This document shows, in pieces, positions 34,362 through 44,133 of a DNA stretch of 64,000 bases. Every line of letters starts with the position of its first letter. The stretch's first letter is position 1. The position numbers and the translations under genes are program-made. A model generated the notes under the pieces. That model saw only the letters and a program-made list of their open reading frames with translations. It had not been told where the DNA came from and made no database searches. This DNA is from Candidatus Omnitrophota bacterium. GTDB taxonomy: Bacteria > Omnitrophota > Gorgyraeia > Gygaellales > Profunditerraquicolaceae. The DNA is taken from the NCBI GenBank assembly GCA_026387335.1, contig JAPLLX010000006.1, positions 125,702-189,701 on the forward strand, in the 5' to 3' direction.

Positions 34362-37300
34362 ACCGCTACGGCTTCGTCTTTTACTTCCGCTGCGTCCTCT
34401 TTCTTATCGTGAGCAAATTTAACTGAAACAATCTTAGATATCCCGGAATTCTCCATAGTGATCCCATACATGACATTGGCGTTAATAATAGTCTTTTTAT
34501 TATGGGTAATCACAATAAACTGCGAGCCTTTGGCAAATTCCTGCAACACCCTTGAGAACCTGTCCACATTCGCCTCATCCAATGCCGCGTCGATCTCATC
34601 CAGGATACAGAAAGGCGAAGGCTTTACTTTGAATATGGCAAAGATAAGAGCGATAGCCGACATGGATTTCTCGCCGCCCGATAATAAAAGCACATTTTGT
34701 AACTTCTTGCCCGGAGGCCGGCAAATAATTTCAATACCTGACTCCAGGGGATCCTGTTCATCGATCAGATACACCTGAGCGTCTCCGCCGTTAAAAAGCA
34801 GGCGGAAATAGTTACGGAATTCCTCCCGCACCTTCTGGAACGTCTCCATAAACATCTGCTTAGTGGTACGGTTAATTTTTAATATCGCCTGATGCAGCGA
34901 TTCTTTGGCCGTCATAAGGTCTGTCTGCTGCTGGATAAGGAAATCATAACGTTTCTTCAATTCATCATACTCTTCAATGGCTACCAGGTTTACCGTTCCG
35001 CAAGAATCCAACTTCTTCTTTAGCTCAGCAATCTCCTGAACCAACGCGTTGACATCTATACCCTCGGGGATAGACTCAATACCCTCTAAATCTATTTTAT
35101 AGGCCTGCAGCATCCTCTCTTTGATACCCGCGTATTTATAATCTATATCTTTATCCAGCATCTGTAATTCATAAAGCTTATCTTTAAGATTATCCAACTC
35201 CAGCCTATCTGCCTCAATTTTAGCCGTTACATCTCCGGTGCCCTCGGAAACCTGGGCGTAGCGCGACTGGGCATCCTTAAGCAGGCCCGATTTAGCCTCG
35301 ATATCTTTATTATGCTCCCTGATCTTTAATTCACAGTCACCTGTTTCTTCCTTAAAAGAAGCGATCTTTTGGATAGAATCTTCGATCTGCTTCTCGGTAT
35401 TCTTTAAATTTTCTTTATCCCGGCTAAAGGTATCTTCTAAAATATTAAGCGTTTCTTCGTCTGAAATTACCCGCTTATGCAAAGACTCTAATTCCGTCTT
35501 AACTTGGGTAATCGCTACCAGTAACTCTTCCCGGGATTTATTGTTTAAGGTAACGCTATCCTCTTCCTGTAAAATAGAATCTTCGGCCAGCCTCTGGCTA
35601 TTATTTAATTCGCTAAGAGAGCCCTGAGCGGTAAGAATATTCGCCTCCAACACGGAAAGTTCTTTCTGCGTGTCATTAAGCTCTAATATAATAATATCCT
35701 CTTCCTCTTTAATTTTATTAAACTGCTCTAAAATTGTTGAGCGGGAAGTTTCTTTATTCGCCAGGTAAATTTCCTGCGCACGCAACTCCTGTTGCAAAGA
35801 TGAAATCGCCTTATTCATCCCCTCGATCCCGGCCTCCTTAGACTGTTTTGTATTTTTTAAAACATCCAGTTCCCCCAGGATCTTAGCGATTTTTTCATCG
35901 ATTTTACGCGTATCCAATTCAATGGGCTTGGCTTCGCCGGTCAGTTTAAAATTAGCCGGAAGATAAGCCTTATCTTCATCAGTCAGGCCGCTAAAATCAT
36001 TTATTTTAATCACCAGGCCGCTGGTCTTCTCTGTAGGGAGTTTATCTAAATACACAACCGCATTCATTGTCTCAGCTGTATCCAGGTATTTTTCCTTGAG
36101 TTTCTCCAGAAATTCTTTGTGCGATTCTAATGTCAGTTTTTGCCTTTCCAGATCCTCAATTTCCGTGTTAATCCCGCTTAACGCCAGCCCTTCCCCTTCT
36201 AAATCGCTCTTTACTGCCGTAATTTTTTGCAATAAATCACTGACTATAGCCTTCACCGAATCAACTTCCTGCGTAACCTTACTTAAACTTTCTTCAGTAA
36301 TGGCTTTTTCTTCATATACTTTTGCTTTATCAATTTCAAGCCTCTTCTTTCGTGAAATAAACACCTGCTGCTGGGAGTTAAATTCGGAAATCTGGTTTCT
36401 GGCCGCGGCTAACCTCACCACCAGATCCATTATCTCTTTCTTTAAACTTACAATTTTGGCTAAAGAGTTTTTTATATTTTGGGCATGAATACTTATCTGT
36501 TCTTCCTTCCCGGTCAAAGCGCGGGATTTTTCCTCAATAATACTTTTTAAGCCTTGGTACTCCCGCCTTACTTCATTTAATTTTTGTTCGTCAACAATGA
36601 GCTTACTCCTTACTTCGCCTATCTGTCCCTCTAAGGCGGCCTTGGCCCCTTCTAATTCCAAAGTTTTTTCTTTATTAAAGTTTATCCGTTCATTATTCCG
36701 GATTACCTGACTTTCCAAATTGAGCAGGTCGTTCTTTACCAACATTATATTCTCTTCCAGGACCTTTAGTTCGCTTGAGCGGGAGGCGATTTTCGCTTCT
36801 TGTTCGTGAATAACCTTTAAAAGCCCTTCTTCCCGCAGCTGCAGCTCTTTTAACTGGGAGATAACCTTATCCTTTTGGGTTAAAAGTTCCCTTTTAGTTA
36901 AAACCCCCTGCTCTACCTCTTTATTCTTAAGCTCTTCAAAAATCTCTCTGTATTTACGCGCGCGGTTAGCCTGACGCTCAAGGCTTCCGATTTGACGCTT
37001 TACCTCAATGACTATATCGTTGACCCGCAAAAGATTCTGCTCGGTTTCTTCTAACCTGCGGGTAGCTTCTCTTTTCTGAGCTTTGTATTTGGTGATCCCG
37101 GAGGCCTCATCAAAAACTAAACGCCTATCCTCCGGCCTTGAACTTAAGACCAGGTCAATCTTGCCTTGAGCGATTATAGAATAACTCTCGGCCCCTATAC
37201 CGGTGCCTAAAAGCAAATCTAAAATATCCTTCAGGCGGACCTGACTCTTATTCAAAAGGTATTCGCTTTCTCCCGAACGAAAGAGCCTGCGGGTAATCGC

Positions 37301-37594
37301 GACTTCGTCATTATCAAAATTAAAAAAACGGGCCTGGTTATCAAACGTCAAAGTCACTTCAGCCATGCCTAACGGCTCCTTATTATCCGTGCCGTTAAAT
37401 ATGACATCCAACATCTCCGAGCCGCGCAAAGACTTAGCTGACTGCTCGCCTAAAACCCAACGTATGGAATCAAAGATATTAGATTTACCGCAGCCATTCG
37501 GCCCCACGACCGCGGTAATGCCCGGCTCAAAATGTAAGGTGGTCTTATCGCAGAAAGATTTAAAGCCTAACAGTTCAAGTTTTTTAAAGTACAT
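34358..37594 (-). CDS. smc: Chromosome segregation protein SMC
   Basis: GPNGCGKSN Walker A, long coiled coils, LSGGEK signature, LDEIDAALD. Confidence 0.96.
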   Translation of the reverse strand: MYFKKLELLGFKSFCDKTTLHFEPGITAVVGPNGCGKSNIFDSIRWVLGEQSAKSLRGSEMLDVIFNGTDNKEPLGMAEVTLTFDNQARFFNFDNDEVAITRRLFRSGESEYLLNKSQVRLKDILDLLLGTGIGAESYSIIAQGKIDLVLSSRPEDRRLVFDEASGITKYKAQKREATRRLEETEQNLLRVNDIVIEVKRQIGSLERQANRARKYREIFEELKNKEVEQGVLTKRELLTQKDKVISQLKELQLREEGLLKVIHEQEAKIASRSSELKVLEENIMLVKNDLLNLESQVIRNNERINFNKEKTLELEGAKAALEGQIGEVRSKLIVDEQKLNEVRREYQGLKSIIEEKSRALTGKEEQISIHAQNIKNSLAKIVSLKKEIMDLVVRLAAARNQISEFNSQQQVFISRKKRLEIDKAKVYEEKAITEESLSKVTQEVDSVKAIVSDLLQKITAVKSDLEGEGLALSGINTEIEDLERQKLTLESHKEFLEKLKEKYLDTAETMNAVVYLDKLPTEKTSGLVIKINDFSGLTDEDKAYLPANFKLTGEAKPIELDTRKIDEKIAKILGELDVLKNTKQSKEAGIEGMNKAISSLQQELRAQEIYLANKETSRSTILEQFNKIKEEEDIIILELNDTQKELSVLEANILTAQGSLSELNNSQRLAEDSILQEEDSVTLNNKSREELLVAITQVKTELESLHKRVISDEETLNILEDTFSRDKENLKNTEKQIEDSIQKIASFKEETGDCELKIREHNKDIEAKSGLLKDAQSRYAQVSEGTGDVTAKIEADRLELDNLKDKLYELQMLDKDIDYKYAGIKERMLQAYKIDLEGIESIPEGIDVNALVQEIAELKKKLDSCGTVNLVAIEEYDELKKRYDFLIQQQTDLMTAKESLHQAILKINRTTKQMFMETFQKVREEFRNYFRLLFNGGDAQVYLIDEQDPLESGIEIICRPPGKKLQNVLLLSGGEKSMSAIALIFAIFKVKPSPFCILDEIDAALDEANVDRFSRVLQEFAKGSQFIVITHNKKTIINANVMYGITMENSGISKIVSVKFAHDKKEDAAEVKDEAVAV

Positions 37595-37608
37595 GTTTTC
37601 TCCTTAAT

Positions 37609-37788
37609 CTAATGCTGTTGGGACTGGTTCTCCAGCCACGCGTCAATTTTATCTTTTTTAAACCGCCACTGCCCTACTAATTTCAGCGCAGGGATCTTAT
37701 TATGTTTTACCCAATCATAAATAGTCCGGCGGGTAACTTTCAGGTAACCCGCTAAATCTTCAATCGTCATTAATCCGCTGCTGAGCAT
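37609..37788 (-). CDS. Small excisionase-like HTH_17 DNA-binding protein
   Basis: Manual translation MLSSGLMTIEDLAGYLKVTRRTIYDWVKHNKIPALKLVGQWRFKKDKIDAWLE..., 59 aa, with AAGGAG SD. Confidence 0.88.
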   Translation of the reverse strand: MLSSGLMTIEDLAGYLKVTRRTIYDWVKHNKIPALKLVGQWRFKKDKIDAWLENQSQQH

Positions 37789-37803
37789 ATCTTCTCCTTA
37801 AAG

Positions 37804-37846
37804 GAACAATTGTTCACATTATAGGGAAAGAAATAATTCTTGTCAA
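37804..37846 (-). promoter_or_regulatory. Consensus sigma70 promoter for HTH-smc with a palindrome over the expected start site
   Basis: TTGACA (37846-37841)-17 bp-TATAAT (37823-37818); perfect palindrome GAACAATTGTTC at 37804-37815. Confidence 0.8.
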
Positions 37847-37961
37847 GGAAAATCTTAACATCCCTTGACATAAAGATGCAATTAGGGCTATTATGTTGAT
37901 AAATGATGCAGGAATATGCTAAATAATCTTAGCATTAACTCTATGGCGGGCAATGACTTAT

Positions 37962-38873
37962 TTATAAAAACCAGGTTATCAAGGCACCTAAAAACATCCA
38001 GGTAGCAAAGGGAAGATTTTTTTTAACAATTCTATCCGCATGCAGGTCTACTATCCTTTGAAACAGCGGCGCCAAAAGTATGACTAACAAAGTTTTTCCC
38101 AATATGCTTTTTATATCCAGGACAAACCGCTCCCAGGGGTAATCCATCTTTAAAAAAACATAGCCCATTAAAATTAAAAGGGCTAAGGATATCATTTTGA
38201 TATTTTTGTTAAAAAATCTGGAAAGCGGCGTAAACACAAATAAAGAAATTACTATAAGAATATTCTGATCGCCTGGAATCCTGCTCCCAAACAGATTGTA
38301 TAGCGACACATTGATCACCTTAAACAACAAAAAAAAGAAAAAAAACCCCAACAGGATATCACCGGCTTTGACTATATTAAATTTTGCCAGCTTTCCCTTA
38401 ATGAACCCATAAATCTTATCTCCAGGCTTAGAAAAATTAAACGTATTAGCAAAATAAACCCCGGACTTCACAATCAAAAATATGGTAGGCGGTATAAAAA
38501 TAGCCGACAATAATAAAAAGGCGGCAAAATAATAATTAAAATATACTTTAGAATATTGTCCTATAGGGATAAGCGCAACATAACAAACAAACAACTTAGC
38601 ATCGCCGGCCCCCCACATTCTAAAATGCCATAATACGTAAGCAACCAAACCGCTGATGAGCAAGTTTATGCACCATTTATCAAAGTTCCAGGTTAAGCCA
38701 GGGTTGGTCAGAGAGGGCTTACAGAAAATCCAAATCAAGGCGTAAGCAAAAAAAGAATAAAGCAGGCCAAGGATGACCCATTTATTTTTAATCTTGCTTT
38801 CCTTTATATCTTCGTAACTGGTAATAAAACCGATAAGAAGAATTATGGGTAGGAAAATTACATTGCTTGCCAT
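37962..38873 (-). CDS. A24-family prepilin/preflagellin-type peptidase
   Basis: Multiple TM helices; first Asp in TSYEDIK..KIKN; GxGD motif GAGDAKL; C-terminal LPFA. Confidence 0.85.
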   Translation of the reverse strand: MASNVIFLPIILLIGFITSYEDIKESKIKNKWVILGLLYSFFAYALIWIFCKPSLTNPGLTWNFDKWCINLLISGLVAYVLWHFRMWGAGDAKLFVCYVALIPIGQYSKVYFNYYFAAFLLLSAIFIPPTIFLIVKSGVYFANTFNFSKPGDKIYGFIKGKLAKFNIVKAGDILLGFFFFFLLFKVINVSLYNLFGSRIPGDQNILIVISLFVFTPLSRFFNKNIKMISLALLILMGYVFLKMDYPWERFVLDIKSILGKTLLVILLAPLFQRIVDLHADRIVKKNLPFATWMFLGALITWFL

Positions 38874-38876
38874 AGT

Positions 38877-39356
38877 TTAGACTCTAGAGGTACGCTTGCT
38901 TACTTCCGAAACCATTTTTTTAAATTCCGAGTAAGTACCGCCGGCTAATTTTAAGTATTTATAGTAATACATTACGTAGCTATAATTAAATAATATCCCC
39001 CGGCTTATCCTATATTCCCCGTTATGCCTTAAAACAAAGGCCAGATCCATCCAATTATCCAGGTTATCCGGATTAAGCGCAATCGCCTTTAAAAAATATT
39101 CCTTGGCCTTCTTGAAATCCTCACTAATATAATAAACATACCCGGCTAAAGCCAGGATGGTCTCATCCTCTTGCGCTTTTAACCAATCATTGATTTTTCC
39201 TTTTAATTGATTAAACTTCGAAGGGCAGGAATAATATAAAACTGCTAATTGAGGAAAGAGCGAGTCCTCCCTCTCGGCATAACCGGATACATTATTAGTT
39301 TTGCGGGGGAAAATCCGGAAGCCGCAGATAATGTCGAATTCTTCAGGAATAGTCAT
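38877..39356 (-). CDS. TPR-repeat protein
   Basis: LAGYVYYISEDFKKAKEYFLKAIALNPDNLDNWMDLAFV. Confidence 0.8.
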   Translation of the reverse strand: MTIPEEFDIICGFRIFPRKTNNVSGYAEREDSLFPQLAVLYYSCPSKFNQLKGKINDWLKAQEDETILALAGYVYYISEDFKKAKEYFLKAIALNPDNLDNWMDLAFVLRHNGEYRISRGILFNYSYVMYYYKYLKLAGGTYSEFKKMVSEVSKRTSRV

Positions 39357-40328
39357 TTAGTTAAATTGGATAATAAAAGGGGTTTCGGGAGCAAACTGCT
39401 TTTTTTGCCATTTGATTCTTTTTATCGCCCTGCCCCTTTTTAAGATTACCGTATCCTTACCTTCCAAAAATACACAATCGCCTCTTTTTAAATCAGCTTC
39501 ATAAAGGTTATTCTCCGGCATCTGCCCGATAAAATAAACATTTTTATAATATATCCTTTTATTTTTTATCTCACCCTCAAAAGCGTAAAATTTTCTCTCG
39601 TAAAAGACAAGCAGAGGCAATTTCAGATGCCTGTCAATATTCCTGACTAATTCCGGTTCCTCCTCATAAATAGCGCTCCTTATCTTCTTGGTCAAACTCA
39701 GGGTCTTGGCGCAATCATAAGAACAGGGCATATGATAAATATAAGAATACGTCACATCTTTAGTAAAAGGGTTGCACAGGAACGGATGCTTACCTTGAGG
39801 CGTATTTTTTAGTATCTCATAAAGGTGGCTGTACTTATTCCAGTTATTATATTTCCGAAAGAAAGCGACACAGCAGGCCGGATAGCCCAGGTCATGCCCG
39901 AATTTGAAAGCGTCTATCAACGGTTTATCGATAACCCTGTTTTTTATGATCAAAGGGTACCATCCGTTTCGAAGAGCCTTATCTAAGTTATTTTTTGTTT
40001 TAGCTACGAAGACATGGACAGCGCTATTGACCCGCGGCTGATTTAACGGCAAGCCAAAAGCGGTAGTGGTAGTTAAACGCTCCCTGCCCACAATACCCAT
40101 AGGTAGATCTGTTTTTTTGACTACATCAAAAATAGTATCTGGCTCAACAAAAAGCCCGTAGCTGGCACATATATTATTATACGCCTTAAGCCTGTTTACC
40201 GGTATCCAATCATCCATACAGGGCTTGATTCCCTTAATGGTAGCCATAATCATTACCAATTGGCCGCTATAGCCTTTTATCTCCACAAATTCCCTGCAGA
40301 ACTTTTTAGGCAAAAATGGCTCAAACAT
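39357..40328 (-). CDS. DUF483-like Cys/His protein of unknown function
   Basis: GHDLGYPACCVAFF and YHMPCSYDC motifs. Confidence 0.6.
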   Translation of the reverse strand: MFEPFLPKKFCREFVEIKGYSGQLVMIMATIKGIKPCMDDWIPVNRLKAYNNICASYGLFVEPDTIFDVVKKTDLPMGIVGRERLTTTTAFGLPLNQPRVNSAVHVFVAKTKNNLDKALRNGWYPLIIKNRVIDKPLIDAFKFGHDLGYPACCVAFFRKYNNWNKYSHLYEILKNTPQGKHPFLCNPFTKDVTYSYIYHMPCSYDCAKTLSLTKKIRSAIYEEEPELVRNIDRHLKLPLLVFYERKFYAFEGEIKNKRIYYKNVYFIGQMPENNLYEADLKRGDCVFLEGKDTVILKRGRAIKRIKWQKKQFAPETPFIIQFN

Positions 40329-41212
40329 TATTTAATAGGTTTAAATTCATTCCAACCAAAAATCTCCGGATATTCACGCCAAGGCCCCTCGCAACATTTA
40401 AAATACCTGCATTTCTTACAATTCGGTCCCTTAAGCTTCCCCTCTTCCTTGCGCCAACGGCTGAAATCCTCATTTATCTTTACATCAAAAACCTTGGTTT
40501 CCGGTATATGCTGCTCCGCTATACAATCCCGGTATTTGCCCAAAAGACAATAAGGTATCGCCTCTGTCCTGACGATCCTGCCTCTGGCGATCCCGATCTT
40601 TAAACCTTTTTTGACATAAGGCATGATCTCTTTTTTCCGGGGGACTATAAAACTAATATTCTTAAGGGCATTCCCTAAAATATGAGGATAAGCAAATTGA
40701 TACTGCGGTACGCCTAAATCGATCAGAAAATCAGCGATTTCGGGTAAGAAACGGTAGTTTTTCTGGTTAATGACCGTATTCGTGACCACCATCTTACCTA
40801 AGGATAAAATATTTTTAATACCCGCGCTACTCTGTTGGAAACTTCCTCTGGCGCCGGTAAGGTAATCATGTAACCTGGCATTATGTCCATGGATAGATAC
40901 GGCAAACATATCCGCCCCTGCCTTAATTATATCCCTACAAAAATCTTTATAAACAAACATCCGGCCATTAGTCTGAAGCTGCACCTTATACCCTAAACCC
41001 TTGGCAAAACTGACCAATCCTATGATATTAGGCCTTAAGGTAAGTTCACCGCCGGTAAATACCACCTCCCCAAAAGCTTTCCTGGACTTTTTTAAAATCT
41101 CCTTGATCTCTTGATCGCTCTTATCGGGGCAAAAATCCCTTTTATCGCCCTGTACGCAAAATTTACAGTGGTTATTGCATTTAAAACTAACCTTGATGTC
41201 AATACGATTCAT
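40328..41212 (-). CDS. Radical SAM protein, HxsC-like
   Basis: CNNHCKFC, FTGGE, LQTNGRM, IPYC, C-terminal CxxCxxxxxCxG; Hxs cluster context. Confidence 0.85.
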   Translation of the reverse strand: MNRIDIKVSFKCNNHCKFCVQGDKRDFCPDKSDQEIKEILKKSRKAFGEVVFTGGELTLRPNIIGLVSFAKGLGYKVQLQTNGRMFVYKDFCRDIIKAGADMFAVSIHGHNARLHDYLTGARGSFQQSSAGIKNILSLGKMVVTNTVINQKNYRFLPEIADFLIDLGVPQYQFAYPHILGNALKNISFIVPRKKEIMPYVKKGLKIGIARGRIVRTEAIPYCLLGKYRDCIAEQHIPETKVFDVKINEDFSRWRKEEGKLKGPNCKKCRYFKCCEGPWREYPEIFGWNEFKPIK

Positions 41213-42135
41213 CTAAAATATACTCCTATTTCTTTATTTTCCAGCGTTAAATACGACACGCCGGCGGAGATACCCTCTATTATAGCACCGGTAGAAATTA
41301 ACCAGCTATTTAATCGCGCTGGGACAGGCTTCATAATAGGCTGTAACGATTTAAATGGGGTCGGCTTTTTAAGGCGGGCCCAAATTTTAACTGATTCAAT
41401 GCGGGACGTTTTATCTATGCGATAAAGAAAACCGATATGTCTTAAGGGAATCTTCCCTATGACAGCAAGATAATGCCCCAGATATATATCTTTGCTGTTT
41501 TGATATTTCCTGTACGCCCTTGGTATATCAGATAGATTAAACGCGGGACGTAAAATTGTATAAATTTTAAGCCGGCAACAACCATTATGTAAAAAATCAA
41601 TTCCTATCGCGTCAAACTGCGTATCTAAAAAATTGTTTTTTAATTTCAGCCAGCTTAAACCTAAAAGAGCGCAGAGCCTCTCCATTAAATAACCGCATTG
41701 AGCGTTATCGCTGATAACGCTAAGATATATTTTCATTACAGGCGGTTTGTTTTTTTTAAGCGTATACCCGAATTGAACAGGCCAGGAGGTATCATCCATA
41801 GAAGAAGTCAGGTCTTTTAGTATATTTAAATTAAACCTAAAACCTGATTCCTTATTCACGTAGCTGATTATACTGGCGATAGATTCAATCCTTTTCTTCC
41901 TTAAGACCCTGATTTTATTATAAGGAAGACCCGGCTTGTAAAAATTAAGGTGGAGTAATCGGATAGCTCTTTCAGAAGAAACAAGCGAAGACTCAAATGT
42001 ATTCAGGCCGCCGGAGGATCCGCCAAGACTACTGCTCCAGAGCATTTTTGTAATCTTATTCAGGTCTAATGACGAATAAATATCCCATTTTTTAGTTAAG
42101 GATAAGATTAAATTTTGTACCTGGGCGCCTTGCAT
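41209..42135 (-). CDS. Hypothetical protein, possible ABBA-type prenyltransferase
   Basis: Repeated strand-like motifs MKIYLS, IGIDFLHNGCCRLKIY, VKIWAR, IGVYF; function is inference only. Confidence 0.4.
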   Translation of the reverse strand: MQGAQVQNLILSLTKKWDIYSSLDLNKITKMLWSSSLGGSSGGLNTFESSLVSSERAIRLLHLNFYKPGLPYNKIRVLRKKRIESIASIISYVNKESGFRFNLNILKDLTSSMDDTSWPVQFGYTLKKNKPPVMKIYLSVISDNAQCGYLMERLCALLGLSWLKLKNNFLDTQFDAIGIDFLHNGCCRLKIYTILRPAFNLSDIPRAYRKYQNSKDIYLGHYLAVIGKIPLRHIGFLYRIDKTSRIESVKIWARLKKPTPFKSLQPIMKPVPARLNSWLISTGAIIEGISAGVSYLTLENKEIGVYFR

Positions 42136-42143
42136 ATTCTAAC

Positions 42144-43259
42144 CTACTCAAAAATACGTTTTTTTGCTTCTTGGACATATTCCTTAAAGATCGGATCACT
42201 TTTTGCTTTTTTCAATACTTCCCTGGCTAGATCAACGGAACAAGAATCGCGTATTTGTAAAACCTTATTGAAATTTACACCTTTAGTGGCCTCTGTTTGG
42301 ACTTCATTACTGCTGTAATTTCTCCAACATTGCCTGCATTGAGCACAGCCCGGATCATGCTTACAAAATCGGTATTTATTTTTTAGTCCTTCCTGGATGT
42401 CTCCTATTATATATTTTTCTTTATCTTTGGAATTGATCAAAAAGGGAGAAAAGGCCAGCGTGCCATCCGGATGGACCTCCAGACTCCCAAAAAATGGACA
42501 CTCTTTATCCCGGCTACTTATTCTTTTATCTTTTAGTTCGCGGTTGACCGTATTGAGAAAGATAAAATTCCCTCTCTTAATATTAGCATATATATATTGC
42601 CTTAATTTAACCATTCCTTTTTGGAAACACTCTTTTTGCTTTATACTCCAGCTAAATCGCCGGCTACAGATAGGCTCGATATTAATACTGCTAAACCCTA
42701 AATCCGTTAAATAGAGCAAATTATTGTATATTTTATCCGCTAAAGCGGGCAATACCCCGAATAAGGCACAAAGTTTTTCTTGTTTTATATTCTTTAAAGC
42801 CAGGGGGAGCTTGTTCAATACAGCGTCAAACGAACCCTTTTGATTGCCAAAAACCCTATTTTTATCGTGATAGTCTTTACGGCCATCCAAACTAATGGCT
42901 AATCCTATTTTGGCCTTTTTGAAAAAGCTTAATTGTCGCTGATTCAATAAAATTCCATTTGTGCCCAAAGAGATGCTTAAAGACTTCTTAACCGATCTTG
43001 CTCTTTTTTGGGCAAAGTTTATTATTCTTTTAACGAGCTTGAATTTTAAAAGAGGTTCGCCTCCGTAGAGCATAAGTAGTTTTTGATTACCCGGTGAATT
43101 TAAAAACAGGGTTATTGCTTTAATGGCGACCGGATAGGTTATTGTTTGGTTGTTTTTATACACAAAACAATAGCGGCAATCTAAAATACACTCAGTGGTG
43201 ACGGTTAACCTCAGAAGATAGATCTCTTTGTTAAATTGGACGGGTAAATTAGTCAACAT
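42144..43259 (-). CDS. Radical SAM protein with C-terminal Cys cluster
   Basis: CILDCRYC, YGGEPL, TNG, SLDG; paralog of the frameshifted gene at 53834-54978. Confidence 0.9.
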   Translation of the reverse strand: MLTNLPVQFNKEIYLLRLTVTTECILDCRYCFVYKNNQTITYPVAIKAITLFLNSPGNQKLLMLYGGEPLLKFKLVKRIINFAQKRARSVKKSLSISLGTNGILLNQRQLSFFKKAKIGLAISLDGRKDYHDKNRVFGNQKGSFDAVLNKLPLALKNIKQEKLCALFGVLPALADKIYNNLLYLTDLGFSSINIEPICSRRFSWSIKQKECFQKGMVKLRQYIYANIKRGNFIFLNTVNRELKDKRISSRDKECPFFGSLEVHPDGTLAFSPFLINSKDKEKYIIGDIQEGLKNKYRFCKHDPGCAQCRQCWRNYSSNEVQTEATKGVNFNKVLQIRDSCSVDLAREVLKKAKSDPIFKEYVQEAKKRIFE

Positions 43260-43268
43260 ATTGTTTTG

Positions 43269-44120
43269 TCAAGCAGCCATTTTCCGGCAATCCCTGCAGA
43301 GTTTTGTTTTCCAAAATCTCAGTTTTCTCTTTTCTTTATACCTCAGAGCGTCTAAAGGACTTAAAAAGAATTTCCCTTTGAATCTTTTGTTTAAATCAAC
43401 AGGACAGGCGTATTCATAGCCATCCCATCCGATAAATGCATAGTTATCAAACAAAAACGAACAGCAAAAAACCGGATTTGCCGAACAAAAATAACCGAAT
43501 ATTCTTTTGTTCACGCTAGATTTTGGCCTAAGGCTAGAAAAATGATTTGCGGGTTTCCCCCGGTCAGCAAAAGGCACCAGGTTGACTAAGGCCTTCCGGC
43601 TGCTCCAATATTGGATGATTTTACTTTCCTCTTTAAGGTTTAGATTAGTGACTACTATATTTATCCTGACCTGAATATTACTTTTTGCATCCAGCAAAGA
43701 GTCGATATTCCTTTTAACCTGGTTAAACCGCGAACCCAAGCACATTTTTTCGTATATTTCCCTCTTTAAACTGGGGAAATTAATATCTACGCGATCAACC
43801 CGGGAATCTATAAATTGCTCCCTGATTTTGCTATCCATCAATAGACCGTTCGTAGAAATGCCCACCCGCAGGCCCTTGCGTTTTGCATATTTAATAATTT
43901 CCATCAAATGGCCGTGCAGCAGCGGCTCACCCAAACCACACAGATATATACCCTCATATTTATCGCTACTTAACCTGGAAATGATCTTTTGGCATAAGAG
44001 ATAATCCATCGCCCCGATATTAAATAATTTCTCCCGCGGGCAAAAAACACAGTTTAGATTACATTCATTAGTTATCTCGATCTCCGCTATTTTAGGGACA
44101 TTCATATTTAGTTTCCGCAT
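43269..44120 (-). CDS. Radical SAM protein with twitch/SPASM-like C-terminus
   Basis: EITNECNLNCVFC, GLGEPLL, STNG, IGWDG..YACP, CRDC. Confidence 0.9.
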   Translation of the reverse strand: MRKLNMNVPKIAEIEITNECNLNCVFCPREKLFNIGAMDYLLCQKIISRLSSDKYEGIYLCGLGEPLLHGHLMEIIKYAKRKGLRVGISTNGLLMDSKIREQFIDSRVDRVDINFPSLKREIYEKMCLGSRFNQVKRNIDSLLDAKSNIQVRINIVVTNLNLKEESKIIQYWSSRKALVNLVPFADRGKPANHFSSLRPKSSVNKRIFGYFCSANPVFCCSFLFDNYAFIGWDGYEYACPVDLNKRFKGKFFLSPLDALRYKEKRKLRFWKTKLCRDCRKMAA

Positions 44121-44133
44121 AGATCCAACAGGG

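Noticed and set aside
37609-37788. Excisionase-like gene as evidence of a prophage or integrative element
   Set aside because: No integrase, att repeats or phage genes in the window; it appears co-transcribed with smc
37804-37815. GAAC-N4-GTTC as a Gram-positive-type LexA (SOS) box
   Set aside because: No such box is visible at the recA promoter (33023-33170), so SOS control is unsupported; kept only as a generic palindrome
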